64,000 nt of DNA. Origin: Felis catus. Its lineage: Eukaryota. Below are positions 63,302 through 64,000 of the stretch, piece by piece. Below the pieces are notes generated by a model, which saw only the letters and a list, made by a program, of their open reading frames with translations, ran no database searches and was not told the origin of the DNA. A program made the position numbers and the translations under genes. The DNA is taken from assembly GCF_018350175.1 (NCBI RefSeq), contig NC_058368.1, positions 72,418,001 to 72,482,000 on the forward strand. The letters are read 5' to 3'. The stretch's first letter is position 1. Every line of letters begins with the position of its first letter.

Positions 63302-64000
63302 ACCAATTCCTTCATACACAGATATAATTCATGCACACACTCGTGTACACACACATCCACAACAACTCAAAGATGTTACTGTGAACAGGATTTGAGTGTC
63401 ACTAAAATGACCAGGGCATGACCAGCCATCCTGAAGTGTGCCAACTGTTTGTTTTGTTAGTTATATAAGCTGCTGCCCCCCAGAATTTACTTCCTGATTC
63501 TGAAATAACTTTTATTCCCGATAGCTGTTTACACTCTGGTCTATTTCCCCAAATCCCATAATTGTTAAAATATGTTGCTGTGTGACCTTAAACTTGATCT
63601 TTCAACTTGTCTTCTCTACCCGAAAAAGTGCTGGCTTAGAGTTCCATTAATTTGGAAAGTGGAATCATTTGAAAGAACTGTATTATGTGAGGAAATTTAT
63701 CATTGTGGATTACCAAAGCATTATGGAAAGAAACTGAAGGAAATGATTAAGTATATTCAGTTTGCATTATCTTGAAAAAAAAATCAAATATATCAAATGT
63801 AGCAAGTACTAGTTAGATCTAATTTATTCCCCCAAACTTTTCCTATTGATGGTCCTCATATTGCTTTGTAAGAAGCTACCTGAAAAAGTCAGATTCCAGT
63901 TCATGAGCAGTCTTGATCATTATAAAAGAAAGAAATGTCCTGTACAGCAAAAGAACATTTGTCTGGAATGGATGCAACTACATTTGCCGTGGATTGATAT

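Noticed and set aside
1..64000. CRISPR array, operon, phage or other prokaryotic system; CpG-island promoter; rRNA or mitochondrial insertion
   Set aside because: CpG-depleted mammalian intron throughout, with no repeat-spacer array, long ORFs, CpG island or rRNA/mtDNA-like sequence recognised.

Overview
Mammalian genomic DNA from a feliform carnivore (cat-type CAN-SINEs/SINEC_Fc and a felid-type L1 3' end). The whole window lies inside the ITGBL1 (integrin beta-like 1) gene on the + strand. Bases 1-43486 are the 3' part of a very long intron. Four GT-AG, phase 1-1 coding exons follow (43487-43633, 51120-51242, 54988-55128, 58027-58167; probably exons 3-6, numbering recalled from the human gene) and splice into one open frame of cysteine-rich integrin-EGF repeats. 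The rest is intron with about 19 CAN-SINEs, L1/HAL1/L2/CR1/MIR fragments, MaLR and ERVL solo LTRs, DNA-transposon MITEs and microsatellites. All other ORF-track entries look spurious. I found no convincing new biological system. The leads worth testing are a candidate recursive (AG|GT) splice site, a strong donor hidden 6 nt inside exon 3, frame-neutral exons flanked by inverted SINEs (a possible stop-free circRNA), a CTCF-like site with nearby motif clusters, a readable CR1 reverse-transcriptase fossil, and several template-switch-type local rearrangements. Repeat subfamily names come from recalled consensus sequences and boundaries of old repeats are approximate.
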